Assembly: GCA_038896535.1 (NCBI GenBank)
Contig: JAWACY010000001.1
Coordinates: 128,001-192,000, forward strand
Length of the DNA stretch: 64,000 nt
Direction of reading: 5' to 3'
Origin: Candidatus Anstonellales archaeon
GTDB lineage: Archaea > Micrarchaeota > Micrarchaeia > Anstonellales > J096
The stretch's first letter is position 1. The number at the start of each line of letters is the position of its first letter. The translations under genes and the position numbers were made by a program. This document shows, in pieces, positions 9,646 to 19,211 of the stretch. A model generated the notes under the pieces. The model was not told the origin of the DNA. It made no database searches and was given only the letters and a program-made list of their open reading frames with translations.

Positions 9646-10493
9646 ACATAATGGCAGAAACAGCAGAAAAAATCAAGAATGGTTTCATTGTTGTTGATAA
9701 GCCTGCGAATTTAAACAGCCATGAAGTATCTGCATACATAGGAAAATGGCTTAACATAAAAGCAGGCCATGCTGGAACGCTTGACCCAGATGTTACTGGC
9801 TTATTAATAGTCGGCTTGGGAAAGGCAACCAGGATGCTTAGATTTTTAGCAGAACAGGAAAAGGAATATATATGCTTGATGAAGTTGAACAAGGAAAAGA
9901 CAAGAGAAGAAATTGAAAGAATGTTCAAAGCTTATGAAAGGGATATCTGGCAAACCCCGCCAGAAAAAAGTGCTGTTGCAAAAAAGCCTAGGAAAAGAAA
10001 GGTGTATAATTTAAAGCTTATTGAAATACATGACAAACTCGTATTATTTAAAGCGCTTGTTGAAAAAGGCACTTATATGCGCGTATTATGCAAGCAAATG
10101 AATGGGGAAATGCTAGATTTAAGAAGGATAAGCTCTGCCTGTATTAACGAGAAATATGCTTTTATCATGCAAAAAATAAAGCATGCAATTGATAATTATA
10201 GAGGGGGAAATGCGGAAGAGCTTCATGAAATAATAAAGAGCCCAGAAGAGATTTTCAGTCTTAGCTGTATACAAAAAATATATGTTAATGAAAGGGCAGC
10301 ACAAAATATATTGAAAGGAGCCCCATTATATGCCCCTGGTATAATATGGGAAAAAACAGAAGAAAAAGGAAAAATAAAAAATGGTTATGCTGCAGTATTT
10401 TCTGGAGATAGGCTCATAGCAATAATGAATGTCATAAACGAGAATGCAAGAAAAAAAGGCGTGGTTGCAAAAATAGAAAGATTAAATATTTAA
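9642..10493 (+). CDS. cbf5: H/ACA RNA-guided pseudouridine synthase Cbf5
   Basis: DKP...SHEV, GHAGTLDP.VTG, IWQTPP..SAV, GTYMR, C-terminal PUA domain (GAPLYAPG). Confidence 0.93.
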   Translation: MNIMAETAEKIKNGFIVVDKPANLNSHEVSAYIGKWLNIKAGHAGTLDPDVTGLLIVGLGKATRMLRFLAEQEKEYICLMKLNKEKTREEIERMFKAYERDIWQTPPEKSAVAKKPRKRKVYNLKLIEIHDKLVLFKALVEKGTYMRVLCKQMNGEMLDLRRISSACINEKYAFIMQKIKHAIDNYRGGNAEELHEIIKSPEEIFSLSCIQKIYVNERAAQNILKGAPLYAPGIIWEKTEEKGKIKNGYAAVFSGDRLIAIMNVINENARKKGVVAKIERLNI

Positions 10494-10591
10494 TCATTTT
10501 AACATTGCCATACTAACATTGCCATACTCAAAGGCAATAAAAGCAATTAACAAAGCACAAGCAACTAATAAAGCAAAAATAAATAAATATA

Positions 10592-11842
10592 TTGGTTAAA
10601 TATAATGTGGATTTAATAGCAGATTTTCATCTACACACAAAGTATAGTGCAGCTACTTCAAAAAATATGGATATTGAAAATTTGGCATATGCTGCTAAAA
10701 TGAAAGGCATTTCATTATTGGGAAGTGGCGATTTTACACACCCATTGCAGTTCAGAGAAATAAAAGAAATGCTTGTTTTCAATGATGGAATAGCAATGTA
10801 TAATGGCATATATTTTATTTTGAGTGTTGAAGTCAGCAATGTTTTTAATATAGAAAACAAAACATATAAAGTGCATACAGTAATTTTAAGCCCATCATTG
10901 GACATAGCTGAACAAATTAATGAAACACTATCGAAACATGGCAATTTAAGTGAAGATGGGAGGCCAACATTAAATTACAGCACTTATGAAATGAATGAGG
11001 AATTGAAAGCTATAAGCAGGGATATTGCACTAATACCAGCCCATATATGGACGCCTTGGTTTTCTTTATTTGGCGCACATTTTGGGGCAGATGACATTAA
11101 TGAGCTATATCCAGATGACAGCCTTATAATTGCACTTGAAACTGGATTAAGTAGCGATCCTTTAATGAACTGGATGGTTTCAAAAATAGATAAATATACA
11201 CTTGTTTCAAATTCTGATGCTCATAGCCTTGAAAATCTTGGCAGAGAAGGAAATAAGATAAGGTTAAAGCAAATCACATATAAAGAAATAGTAAATGGCA
11301 TAAGGACTGGAAATGCAATGTTAAAGACATATGAATATTTCCCACAAGAAGGAAAATACTTTAATGACGGGCATAGAAAATGCAACATCAATCTTAGCCC
11401 AGAAGAAGCAGAAAAAATAAGGGGTATATGCCCAGTATGTAAAAGAAAGCTTACTATAGGGGTTATGCACAGAATAAAAAAAATGGCTGATAGAAAGTAT
11501 GGAGAAAAAAAGCCAAATTGGAAGGGATATCAGCACATAATACCATTAAAACAAGTCATAGCAAAGGTAAAAAATAAAACAAAAGAATCAAAAACAGTAC
11601 AAAGCATATATAATGATATGATATCATATTTTGGCAACGAGTTTGCTATTTATGAAGCAAATGAAAATGATTTACTCGCTTATACAGATAAAGACATAGC
11701 TAATGCACTTATAAAAATAAAAAAAGAACAAGTTTATTGGAAACCTGGTTATGATGGCGTTTTTGGAGAATTCTTTTTAAATGGGAATGTAGAAAATAAA
11801 AACAAACAAGAAATGCTTAAAAGGTGGTTTGATGAAGTATGA
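10592..11842 (+). CDS. endoQ: Endonuclease Q family (PHP domain plus Zn ribbon)
   Basis: DFHLHTKYS.ATSK, PAHIWTPWFS, ETGLSSD, SNSDAHS, GKY..DGHRKC...CPVC, PGYDG.FG; C-terminal PIP-like QEMLKRWF. Confidence 0.9.
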   Translation: MVKYNVDLIADFHLHTKYSAATSKNMDIENLAYAAKMKGISLLGSGDFTHPLQFREIKEMLVFNDGIAMYNGIYFILSVEVSNVFNIENKTYKVHTVILSPSLDIAEQINETLSKHGNLSEDGRPTLNYSTYEMNEELKAISRDIALIPAHIWTPWFSLFGAHFGADDINELYPDDSLIIALETGLSSDPLMNWMVSKIDKYTLVSNSDAHSLENLGREGNKIRLKQITYKEIVNGIRTGNAMLKTYEYFPQEGKYFNDGHRKCNINLSPEEAEKIRGICPVCKRKLTIGVMHRIKKMADRKYGEKKPNWKGYQHIIPLKQVIAKVKNKTKESKTVQSIYNDMISYFGNEFAIYEANENDLLAYTDKDIANALIKIKKEQVYWKPGYDGVFGEFFLNGNVENKNKQEMLKRWFDEV

Positions 11843-12479
11843 ATTAGCAAGCATTGAAAAAATAGGAGAATACAAAATATTCAGACTTTTTCCTCAAGAA
11901 AGCCCAATAACTTTTAAGCCGGGACAATTTATAAAATTAAGTTTTCCTGATGGCAATGGGAAGCCATATTCTATTGCAAGCTCACCATCATGGCCGTTCT
12001 TAGAATTTCTTATACATATAACTGGTGGGCCATTCACTTCATTGTTAGATAAGGTAGAAATTGGGCAGGTATTTGATATAAGCAAAGCAGCAGGCCATTT
12101 TACTTATGATGGGCAAAGAAATGCTGTTTTTATTGCAGGCGGGGCAGGAATTGCCCCAATCATGAGCATTATTAGATATATTGCAGAAAATAAAACAGAT
12201 GGAAATTTTAATGTTTTTTATAGCTCAAGAACTTTTTCCAACAGCCCATATATATCTGAGCTTATAGGTTATGAAAAGAGCGGTATAATAAAGCTTTGCC
12301 ATACATTAACAAGAGAAGAAAGAAAAAATTATTTGTGCGGTAGGATAAATGTAGACATGATAAGGCCTATCGTTAATAAAGAGACAAGTATATATTTATG
12401 CGGAAATAAGGCAATGGCAAATGACTTTATGCAATTAAAAGAGCTTGCAAAAGAAATGAAAATAGAGGCATGGGGTTAA
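11832..12479 (+). CDS. Ferredoxin-NAD(P) reductase-like FAD/NAD oxidoreductase
   Basis: FKPGQF, PYSIASSP, IAGGAGIAP, YLCG. Confidence 0.88.
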   Translation: MKYELASIEKIGEYKIFRLFPQESPITFKPGQFIKLSFPDGNGKPYSIASSPSWPFLEFLIHITGGPFTSLLDKVEIGQVFDISKAAGHFTYDGQRNAVFIAGGAGIAPIMSIIRYIAENKTDGNFNVFYSSRTFSNSPYISELIGYEKSGIIKLCHTLTREERKNYLCGRINVDMIRPIVNKETSIYLCGNKAMANDFMQLKELAKEMKIEAWG

Positions 12480-12517
12480 TTTAAGAGTCATTTTAAATTA
12501 ATTGTAATAAGTATTAA

Positions 12518-13393
12518 TTAATCGCTTATCAAAGGCTCACATCCATCTTTTGTTACAATAACAGTTTTCTCTGCTTGCGCAACTTGGCCTTTTTTCTGCT
12601 CTTCTAATATTGGATAGGCTTGTATTGATTTTAAAGACAGCATCTCTTTTAATGCCGCATGTAATAAAATTTTGTTATTAACCTTTTCATAAATCCATCT
12701 CTCTGCAAAAGGCAATATGCCATATTTATCTTTTATATAATCAGCTATTATTTTACTCTCCCTAAATCTAAACCTGCTGTGTTTTAAATAGCTATATATT
12801 TCAACTTCATTTTTTTCAACCACATAACCGCTTGCATCTTTTGATGTTACAAATGGTTCTATTGCAAAAACATCGCCTTCTTTTATTACATAAACATCAT
12901 TCACTGGAACGTTTGGCAATGTAATGCCTGAATGCAAATGCATACCTTCTATTTTATGTCCTGTAAGGTTTGATATTGGTTTAAAGTCATATTTTTTTAT
13001 TTCTCTATATATTACATTACTTATCTCCTTTATTGTTTTTCCTGGCTTTATTTCTTCAATCGCTTTTTGCAATGCCATCTCAGAACATTCAACTATTTTA
13101 TCAAAATTGCCGTTGAAATCAAGTGTTATTGCATTATCACTAATAATTCCATCAAGGGCAATGCCAAAATCAACCTTTACAAGCTCATTGCCAATTATTG
13201 CATTATCATTTATTGCTGGCGTAGCATGAGCAGCAATATGGCCAATGCTTATATTTAAAGGAAATGCTGGCTTGGCGCCATATTCAAAAATTGCATTCTC
13301 TATTCCATTTGCTATATCAATTAACTTAACTCCTGGTTTTACATCTTTTATTATCTTATCTCTTATCCTTTTTGCTATGTCTTTTATTAGCAT
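12518..13393 (-). CDS. map: Type II methionine aminopeptidase
   Basis: PAFP.NIS....AAH.TP, KVDFG..DG.ISD.A.T, NLTGH, AIEPF, AQAE.TV. Confidence 0.93.
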   Translation of the reverse strand: MLIKDIAKRIRDKIIKDVKPGVKLIDIANGIENAIFEYGAKPAFPLNISIGHIAAHATPAINDNAIIGNELVKVDFGIALDGIISDNAITLDFNGNFDKIVECSEMALQKAIEEIKPGKTIKEISNVIYREIKKYDFKPISNLTGHKIEGMHLHSGITLPNVPVNDVYVIKEGDVFAIEPFVTSKDASGYVVEKNEVEIYSYLKHSRFRFRESKIIADYIKDKYGILPFAERWIYEKVNNKILLHAALKEMLSLKSIQAYPILEEQKKGQVAQAEKTVIVTKDGCEPLISD

Positions 13394-13428
13394 AAGTGCA
13401 TATAAATGCAAAAGTTTTTTATTATATT

Positions 13429-14670
13429 ATGACAAATACATTTATGCTTATAAAAAGTGTAAGCGCAACATGGATCATTGATTCAAGGGCCATGCCAACA
13501 ATAAAGGCAATTGTAAAAACAGAAAATGCAACAGGCATTGGCCACGCTCCATCTGGTGCATCAAAAGGCCAGCATGAGGCCATTGAATTAAGAGATAACA
13601 AAAATGATTTTCATGGGATGGGCGTTTATAATGCAATTAAAAATATAAAAGCACATATAGCAAAAGCAATTGTTGGGAAAAATGTTAGTGAGCAAGAAGA
13701 TATAGATAATAGCATGATAAAGATAGATGGAACAAAAAATAAAAGCAAGCTTGGTGCAAATGCAACAATTGCATGTTCAATTGCGTGTTTAGATGCTGCG
13801 GCTAAAGAGAACAATATGGAATTATTTGAATACATTGCAAAAAAATATAAAAGAAAGCCAAAAATACCATATTGCATGTTCAACATAATAAACGGGGGCA
13901 AACATGCAGGAAATAAGCTATCAATTCAAGAATTTCTCATTGTGCCCATAATAAAAGATGTGAGGCAAGCAGTAAAAGCAAGCATGGAAATTTATCAAGA
14001 ATTAAAAGAAGAAATAAAAAAGGCATATGGGAGGCATTCGATAAATGTTGGCGATGAGGGTGGTTTTTCTCCAAATATGCAGAGGAACTGGCAGGCAATA
14101 GAAATAATAAAAAAGGCCATAGAAAAAACTGGTTATGAAAAAGAAATTAAAATAAGCATTGATGCTGCTGCTGATTCATTTTATAATAGCAATGCTGATA
14201 AATATGAGGTTGATGAAAAAATGCTTGATAAAGAAGAATTGCTAGATTATTATAAAGAGCTTGTAAAAACATATGGCATACTAAGCATAGAGGACCCATT
14301 TTATGAAAAACACGGCCAGCAATTCAAATTACTTAAAAGATATGTTAAAGTAATTGGTGATGACCTAACAGTAACAAACATTGAACTTGTTAAGAAAAAT
14401 AAGGACTTCATAAATGGTATTATAATAAAGCCAAACCAGATAGGAACAATAAGCGAGACAATAAAGGCGTTTGACTATGCAATTAAGCATGTGCCCTTTA
14501 TTATAACAAGCCACCGTTCTGGGGAAACTGAAAGCAGCTTTATAGCTGATTTTGCTGTTGGAATAGCAAGCCCGTATGTTAAATTTGGCGCTCCAGCAAG
14601 AGGGGAAAGGACTGTTAAATATAACAGGCTTATGGATATAGGTGATGAACTTGGCATGGCAGGGAATTAA
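13429..14670 (+). CDS. eno: Enolase
   Basis: DSR..PT, PSGAS.G.HEA.ELRD, NGGKHA, GDEGG, SHRSGETE, K.GAPARGER..KYN. Confidence 0.96.
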   Translation: MTNTFMLIKSVSATWIIDSRAMPTIKAIVKTENATGIGHAPSGASKGQHEAIELRDNKNDFHGMGVYNAIKNIKAHIAKAIVGKNVSEQEDIDNSMIKIDGTKNKSKLGANATIACSIACLDAAAKENNMELFEYIAKKYKRKPKIPYCMFNIINGGKHAGNKLSIQEFLIVPIIKDVRQAVKASMEIYQELKEEIKKAYGRHSINVGDEGGFSPNMQRNWQAIEIIKKAIEKTGYEKEIKISIDAAADSFYNSNADKYEVDEKMLDKEELLDYYKELVKTYGILSIEDPFYEKHGQQFKLLKRYVKVIGDDLTVTNIELVKKNKDFINGIIIKPNQIGTISETIKAFDYAIKHVPFIITSHRSGETESSFIADFAVGIASPYVKFGAPARGERTVKYNRLMDIGDELGMAGN

Positions 14671-14674
14671 TTTA

Positions 14675-15019
14675 ATGAAAAAACAAGCATTAAATGAAAA
14701 TAAAGCAAAGGATATAATTATTATAGAATTAGCAATAAAAGTATTTGAATTTCTTCTATTCTTTTTTGCTCTTATATTAGTTTCTGTTAACCTGTCAATA
14801 ATATCTATGATGACACTTGCAATGCTCTATTATGTTGGTTACCAGAAAAATATTTTTGAAAAAGAGAACATTGGCATAACTGATATGGTAAATAAGTATT
14901 TTTCATTTCCAATACTCTTATTGCTTCTAATGTTGCTTATTGGTGATACATCATTAAAGCTTTCTATAATTGCATTTTCAGCACAAGGAGCAATGAAGGC
15001 AATAGCAACAAATGCTTAA
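14675..15019 (+). CDS. Small membrane protein, hypothetical
   Basis: Hydrophobic ORF continuing the enolase operon. Confidence 0.6.
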   Translation: MKKQALNENKAKDIIIIELAIKVFEFLLFFFALILVSVNLSIISMMTLAMLYYVGYQKNIFEKENIGITDMVNKYFSFPILLLLLMLLIGDTSLKLSIIAFSAQGAMKAIATNA

Positions 15020-15137
15020 ATTGATAAATAAAATGTGAAGTTAAAATTTAATTAAAAGCCAAATTTAAATATTTATATATAGCTAATGATATAGCCTAAT
15101 AAATATAGCATAATGATATAGCTTAATTTCACATAAA

Positions 15138-15716
15138 CTAATCAGTATTCAGCATAGCAATAAAATGGTTTATCTTGTCTTTAAATGTATTTATATCATT
15201 ATTATTCTCTATAACAATATCAGCCATTAATAATGCCTTTTCTATGCCAGCTTGTTTTTCTTTTTCTTCTTGTTTTAAAAACTGCTCATAATTAATTGGT
15301 TCAGCTATCTTTTTTCTTTCTTTGACCCTATTAAACCTTATATTATCATCTGCCCTTATCTCAATTATAAGGGCATTCTTAATAAATTTTGAAAAATAAT
15401 TTATTTCTTCAACGCTTCTTATGCCTACTATAATGATTAATTCATGCCCTTTTAATTTTCCAGCAAGCATATCCCCATTTATATTATCAATAACATATTT
15501 AGCAAAAACATCCCAGCCATGCATTTCTCTCTCTTTTATCATAAATGCTCTTAAGTTCTCATTTGTTAATTCTATGTCTTTTTCTTTCATGCTTTTTTTT
15601 ACTATCTCCCCCATCTCATAAACAATAAAACCTTTTGCCTTTAAATGCTCAGCAAACACAGTTTTACCGCTTCCCTTTTTGCCCAAAACAAGCAAAGCTT
15701 TATTTATGATTGCCAT
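15138..15716 (-). CDS. P-loop kinase, dephospho-CoA kinase-like (COG0237/UPF0200)
   Basis: GKKGSGKT Walker A, MGEIV, GIRS.EE, RF.R...R, AD.VI.N. Confidence 0.8.
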   Translation of the reverse strand: MAIINKALLVLGKKGSGKTVFAEHLKAKGFIVYEMGEIVKKSMKEKDIELTNENLRAFMIKEREMHGWDVFAKYVIDNINGDMLAGKLKGHELIIIVGIRSVEEINYFSKFIKNALIIEIRADDNIRFNRVKERKKIAEPINYEQFLKQEEKEKQAGIEKALLMADIVIENNNDINTFKDKINHFIAMLNTD

Positions 15717-15771
15717 ATTAATACGCCTTTTCATTTTAAAGCGTTTTACAGCAAGTAAAGAAATTAATAAT

Positions 15772-15826
15772 CAATTCAGCGCTCCAGATATTCATCACAA
15801 ATCAGAAAACCTGCATATCATCATAA
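15772..15826 (-). ncRNA. Box C/D 2'-O-methylation guide sRNA
   Basis: Minus strand: box C ATGATGA (15824-15818), 12-nt guide, box D' CTGA, TTT, box C' GTGATGA, 12-nt guide, box D CTGA (15779-15776); all four boxes match consensus and the site is intergenic. Confidence 0.92.
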
Positions 15827-15963
15827 AAGAAAATTGCAACAAAAATTTAAAATATTATTGTAATAAAATGTTCATAAATATCATATAAGGTCAGATAAAA
15901 TAACAAAAAACAATAATATTTAAATACTTGTAATAATTAATAATTATTACTAATTTCTTCTGT

Positions 15964-16016
15964 GGGGGACTGGTACCTTGCCAGCGTCGGGCTGTTGCCT
16001 GATGCTGGCCTCTTCC
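15964..16016 (+). ncRNA. Candidate structured RNA (GC-rich hairpin), function unknown
   Basis: 13-bp stem GCCAGCGTCGGGC/GCCTGATGCTGGC with a TGTT loop, closed by GGGGGA/TCTTCC; G-U pairs favour the + strand; AT-rich flanks. Confidence 0.4.
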
Positions 16017-16336
16017 TTTATCAAGAGCATTATATCAAGCCTTTACAAGCTTTTACCAAGACTTTATCACGCTTTTTTATCAGGCATTTTATGTCCTTTA
16101 CCCTTTATTACTTTTAACTTTATATACTCCTTTTATTGCTCTTTTTCTTTTTCTCTTTTTATATCGCTCTTTGTTCTTTATTATCCCTACTCTTATTCCC
16201 ATTCTTTTTTGCCTGAAGATATAAGATATAAAGAGATGGTATATAGAATAAAGATAAAAAAACTAAAATAAACTAAAGCGAAAGATAAAAAATAAAGTTG
16301 TTGTTCCTTGCTTGTTTTTCTTGTTTTTATTTTAAT

Positions 16337-16714
16337 TTAATCCTTTGTTAATTCATATAGATTCCTTAATGCAACAAGTGCTGCCCCTGATGCAAGGAAG
16401 ACTGTTAAATAACTTAACATAGAAGCCAATGTCTTGCCAACATCTGGCAATGCCTCAAACAAGTTGTTCAGGAATGACACTCCTGAAAGCAAGGCAAGCA
16501 CTGATACCAAATAGAGCAAAGCTTCTTTGTCTGTTACATTAAACCAACCAACAACAACGCCCAATACTAAAAGCAGGTAGTAAAGCCCTGGTATTTGCTG
16601 TCCTGTTGAACCTGCCCAAGCCCCAATAATAATTGCTAATACAAAACCTGCAATAAATAACTTAGGGGCTAAACTCTTCATTGTTGCTCCCATACTTTGT
16701 TCAGCCTTAGGCAT
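16337..16714 (-). CDS. Four-helix membrane protein, hypothetical
   Basis: Hydrophobic 125-aa ORF with a GAGGTGA RBS. Confidence 0.8.
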   Translation of the reverse strand: MPKAEQSMGATMKSLAPKLFIAGFVLAIIIGAWAGSTGQQIPGLYYLLLVLGVVVGWFNVTDKEALLYLVSVLALLSGVSFLNNLFEALPDVGKTLASMLSYLTVFLASGAALVALRNLYELTKD

Positions 16715-16796
16715 CTATATCACCTCATTTTAAAATTATTGAGTAACCTTTTTAAATATTACTAACAAATTTTAACATTTCTTAATAGGTGGAAAT

Positions 16797-17255
16797 TTGG
16801 GGTTTTGTGATATTTGCGGAAAGCAAGGTATAACAAGAGCTGTTTTTATAGAAGGAGCAGAGCTACAAGCATGCTATAAATGTTATAAAGAAGATAGCAA
16901 AAAAGAGAAAGTTGAAATTAAAAGTGATGTTAAGCAGGAGAAATCAAAAGAGGTAAGGGAAATTGAACAAATAATAATAGAAAACTGGCCAGAAGAAATA
17001 AAAAGGGGCATGAATGCAATAAACATTGAGGAAAAAGAACTTGCTAAAAAAATTGGCATTTCAGAAAGTTATATGAGGCATATATTAAAAGGGGAGATAA
17101 AACCAGATATAAAAACAGCTAAAAAAATTGAGCATGTGTTGAAAATAAAACTTATTGAACATGTTATAATAGAAGGCAATAAAAGTGAAGAAAAAATTGG
17201 CAATAAAACATTGGCAGATAATATAGATTGGGAGAGTGCAAATAATGGGGGTTAA
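16797..17255 (+). CDS. Archaeal MBF1-like protein (Zn ribbon plus HTH)
   Basis: CDICG...IEGA....C..C, then HTH ELAKKIG.SES...I..G..KPD...AKKIE..L.IKL. Confidence 0.85.
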   Translation: MGFCDICGKQGITRAVFIEGAELQACYKCYKEDSKKEKVEIKSDVKQEKSKEVREIEQIIIENWPEEIKRGMNAINIEEKELAKKIGISESYMRHILKGEIKPDIKTAKKIEHVLKIKLIEHVIIEGNKSEEKIGNKTLADNIDWESANNGG

Positions 17256-18279
17256 TATATCTCCTTTACTTGATGAAATAAGGCATGAAAGAGAAATCTA
17301 TTATTTTTCAAAAAAGACTATTGCATTTGATGCTTATAATACAATATATCAATTTTTAGCATCAATAAGGCAACCAGATGGCACACCTTTAATGGATTTG
17401 AAGGGAAATGTAACAAGTCATTTATCTGGTTTATTTTATAGGACAATTAAAATTATTTCTGCTGGTATAAAACCAATATATGTATTTGATGGCAAGCCAC
17501 CAAAATTTAAATTAGCCATAGTAGAAAGGGAAAGGGCAAAAATGCAAGCAAAGGCACTGCTTGAAAAGGCAAAAGAATATGAAGAGCAGGAGCAGGAATT
17601 ATTATATGCTAAAGAATCATTAAAACTAACAAAAGATATGGTTAAAGAAAGTATAGATTTGCTTACTGCCCTTGGTGTTTATTGCATCACTGCTCCATCA
17701 GAAGGAGAGGCACAAGCTGCTTATATGACAAAAACTGGCAAAGTTGATTACTCAGCAAGTCAAGATTATGATTCTTTGTTGTTTGGTTCTATTGCCCTTG
17801 TCAGAAATTTATCAATAAGTGAGAGGAGAAAAATGCCAAGGAGGGATGAATACATAACAGTAAAACCAGAAGAAATCATTTTAGAGGAGGTATTAAATAA
17901 GCTAGGCATAAACAGAGGGCAATTAATACTAATAGGCATGCTTGTTGGCAGCGATTTCAATGAAGGCATAAAGGGCATAGGCCCAAAAACTGCACTTAAA
18001 ATTGTCAAAGAATATAAAACAAAGGAAAAGGCTTTTAATTATATAAAAGAGCATTATGGAAAGGAAATAGAAAATGCAGAAGAGATATATGAATTTTTCA
18101 ATAACCCGCCAGTAAGAGATTTTGAAATAAAAGACATTGAGATGAATGAAAATAAAATATATTCCCTGCTTGTTGATGAGCATGATTTCTCAGAAGAAAG
18201 AATAAAGAATGCATTGCAAGAATTAAAAGAAGCAAAAGAAAAAGAAAGGCAAAGGTCAATAAAAGAATGGTTTAAATAA
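17245..18279 (+). CDS. fen: Flap endonuclease 1
   Basis: DAYN.IYQFLASIRQPDGTPLMD, FDG.PP, APSEGEAQAA, SQDYD, GIGPK; C-terminal PIP box QRSIKEWF. Confidence 0.97.
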   Translation: MGVNISPLLDEIRHEREIYYFSKKTIAFDAYNTIYQFLASIRQPDGTPLMDLKGNVTSHLSGLFYRTIKIISAGIKPIYVFDGKPPKFKLAIVERERAKMQAKALLEKAKEYEEQEQELLYAKESLKLTKDMVKESIDLLTALGVYCITAPSEGEAQAAYMTKTGKVDYSASQDYDSLLFGSIALVRNLSISERRKMPRRDEYITVKPEEIILEEVLNKLGINRGQLILIGMLVGSDFNEGIKGIGPKTALKIVKEYKTKEKAFNYIKEHYGKEIENAEEIYEFFNNPPVRDFEIKDIEMNENKIYSLLVDEHDFSEERIKNALQELKEAKEKERQRSIKEWFK

Positions 18280-18304
18280 AAAATAAAATACTGATTAATA
18301 AAAA

Positions 18305-18832
18305 TCAGCCAACAAAAACAAAGAAATTAAATGGATTAAGCAAATCCATAATTATTGATACACCTTGCCTTATAATGAAGCCAATAGCTATTAATATTGC
18401 TGCCAATGTTATTGCAACTGCCACATTGCCTTTTTTCAATTGCTCAAATTTCTTCATGCCATGGCTTAATGCATCTATTAAATGCAGGGCAATATACAAT
18501 ACCAAGGCAGATATTATTATCGTTATTACCAAAGCCAATAAGTCAAAAACAAAGAATATTAAGACTGCAATTGAAAGTTTATCTATTATATTAGCTATAT
18601 CGAGTGATAATTTTCCTAATGATGGCTCTATTATAAGTGAAACAGTAAATATAAAAGCAGCTAGGTATATTGAAACTGCTATATTGCCCTTTGCTATTTC
18701 TTTCCATTCATCTATCCCTTTTGTCAAATAATCGAAGAACCTTATTGCAAAATAAACTGCTGCAACTGAAAACAGCAATGAAAGCACTATCTTTAAAACT
18801 GACAAAACAAGGGCTAAAACAAAAAATGTCAT
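18305..18832 (-). CDS. DUF350-like membrane protein with internal duplication
   Basis: Two repeats: D.LTKGIDEW.EI.KGN.AV.I and D.LSHG...EQL.KGNVAVAI. Confidence 0.8.
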   Translation of the reverse strand: MTFFVLALVLSVLKIVLSLLFSVAAVYFAIRFFDYLTKGIDEWKEIAKGNIAVSIYLAAFIFTVSLIIEPSLGKLSLDIANIIDKLSIAVLIFFVFDLLALVITIIISALVLYIALHLIDALSHGMKKFEQLKKGNVAVAITLAAILIAIGFIIRQGVSIIMDLLNPFNFFVFVG

Positions 18833-19054
18833 TTTTCCACCTTATAGAGATTTAATAGTTATATTTTTAAAGCTTATTATTGTTCATTTAAATCTTATTA
18901 TTGCTTGGTTTTGACTTTTATTATATAAATAAACCATTTGTTGCAATCATTTCAATCATTTGTTGCATAAATTAAAGAAGTTTTAAAAAATTATGCTAGG
19001 ACTTATAACCTTATAACATTATAAATAATAAAACATAAAAATAAACATAACATC

Positions 19055-19142
19055 GCCCGGGTGGCAGAGCGGCCATGCGGCCGGCTGCAGCTCCAGAAAA
19101 AGTAGAAACCGGCATAGGGGGGTTCGACTCCCTCCCCGGGCT
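19055..19142 (+). tRNA. tRNA-Cys(GCA) with a 17-nt intron at 37/38 (19091-19107)
   Basis: Acceptor GCCCGGG/CCCGGGC, U73 discriminator, anticodon stem GCCGG/CCGGC, CT-GCA-G|intron|A, TTCGA T-loop; central helix CUGC/GUAG. Confidence 0.93.
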
Positions 19143-19211
19143 TAAAAATCATATATTTAATAAATCATATATTTGCCATTGCTAAATTGAATTTGCTATG
19201 GTTTTAGGCCA

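Noticed and set aside
15978..16271. 97-aa ORF over the GC hairpin and pyrimidine-rich tract
   Set aside because: Low-complexity F/S/Y/L sequence from T-rich DNA, TTG start, no motif
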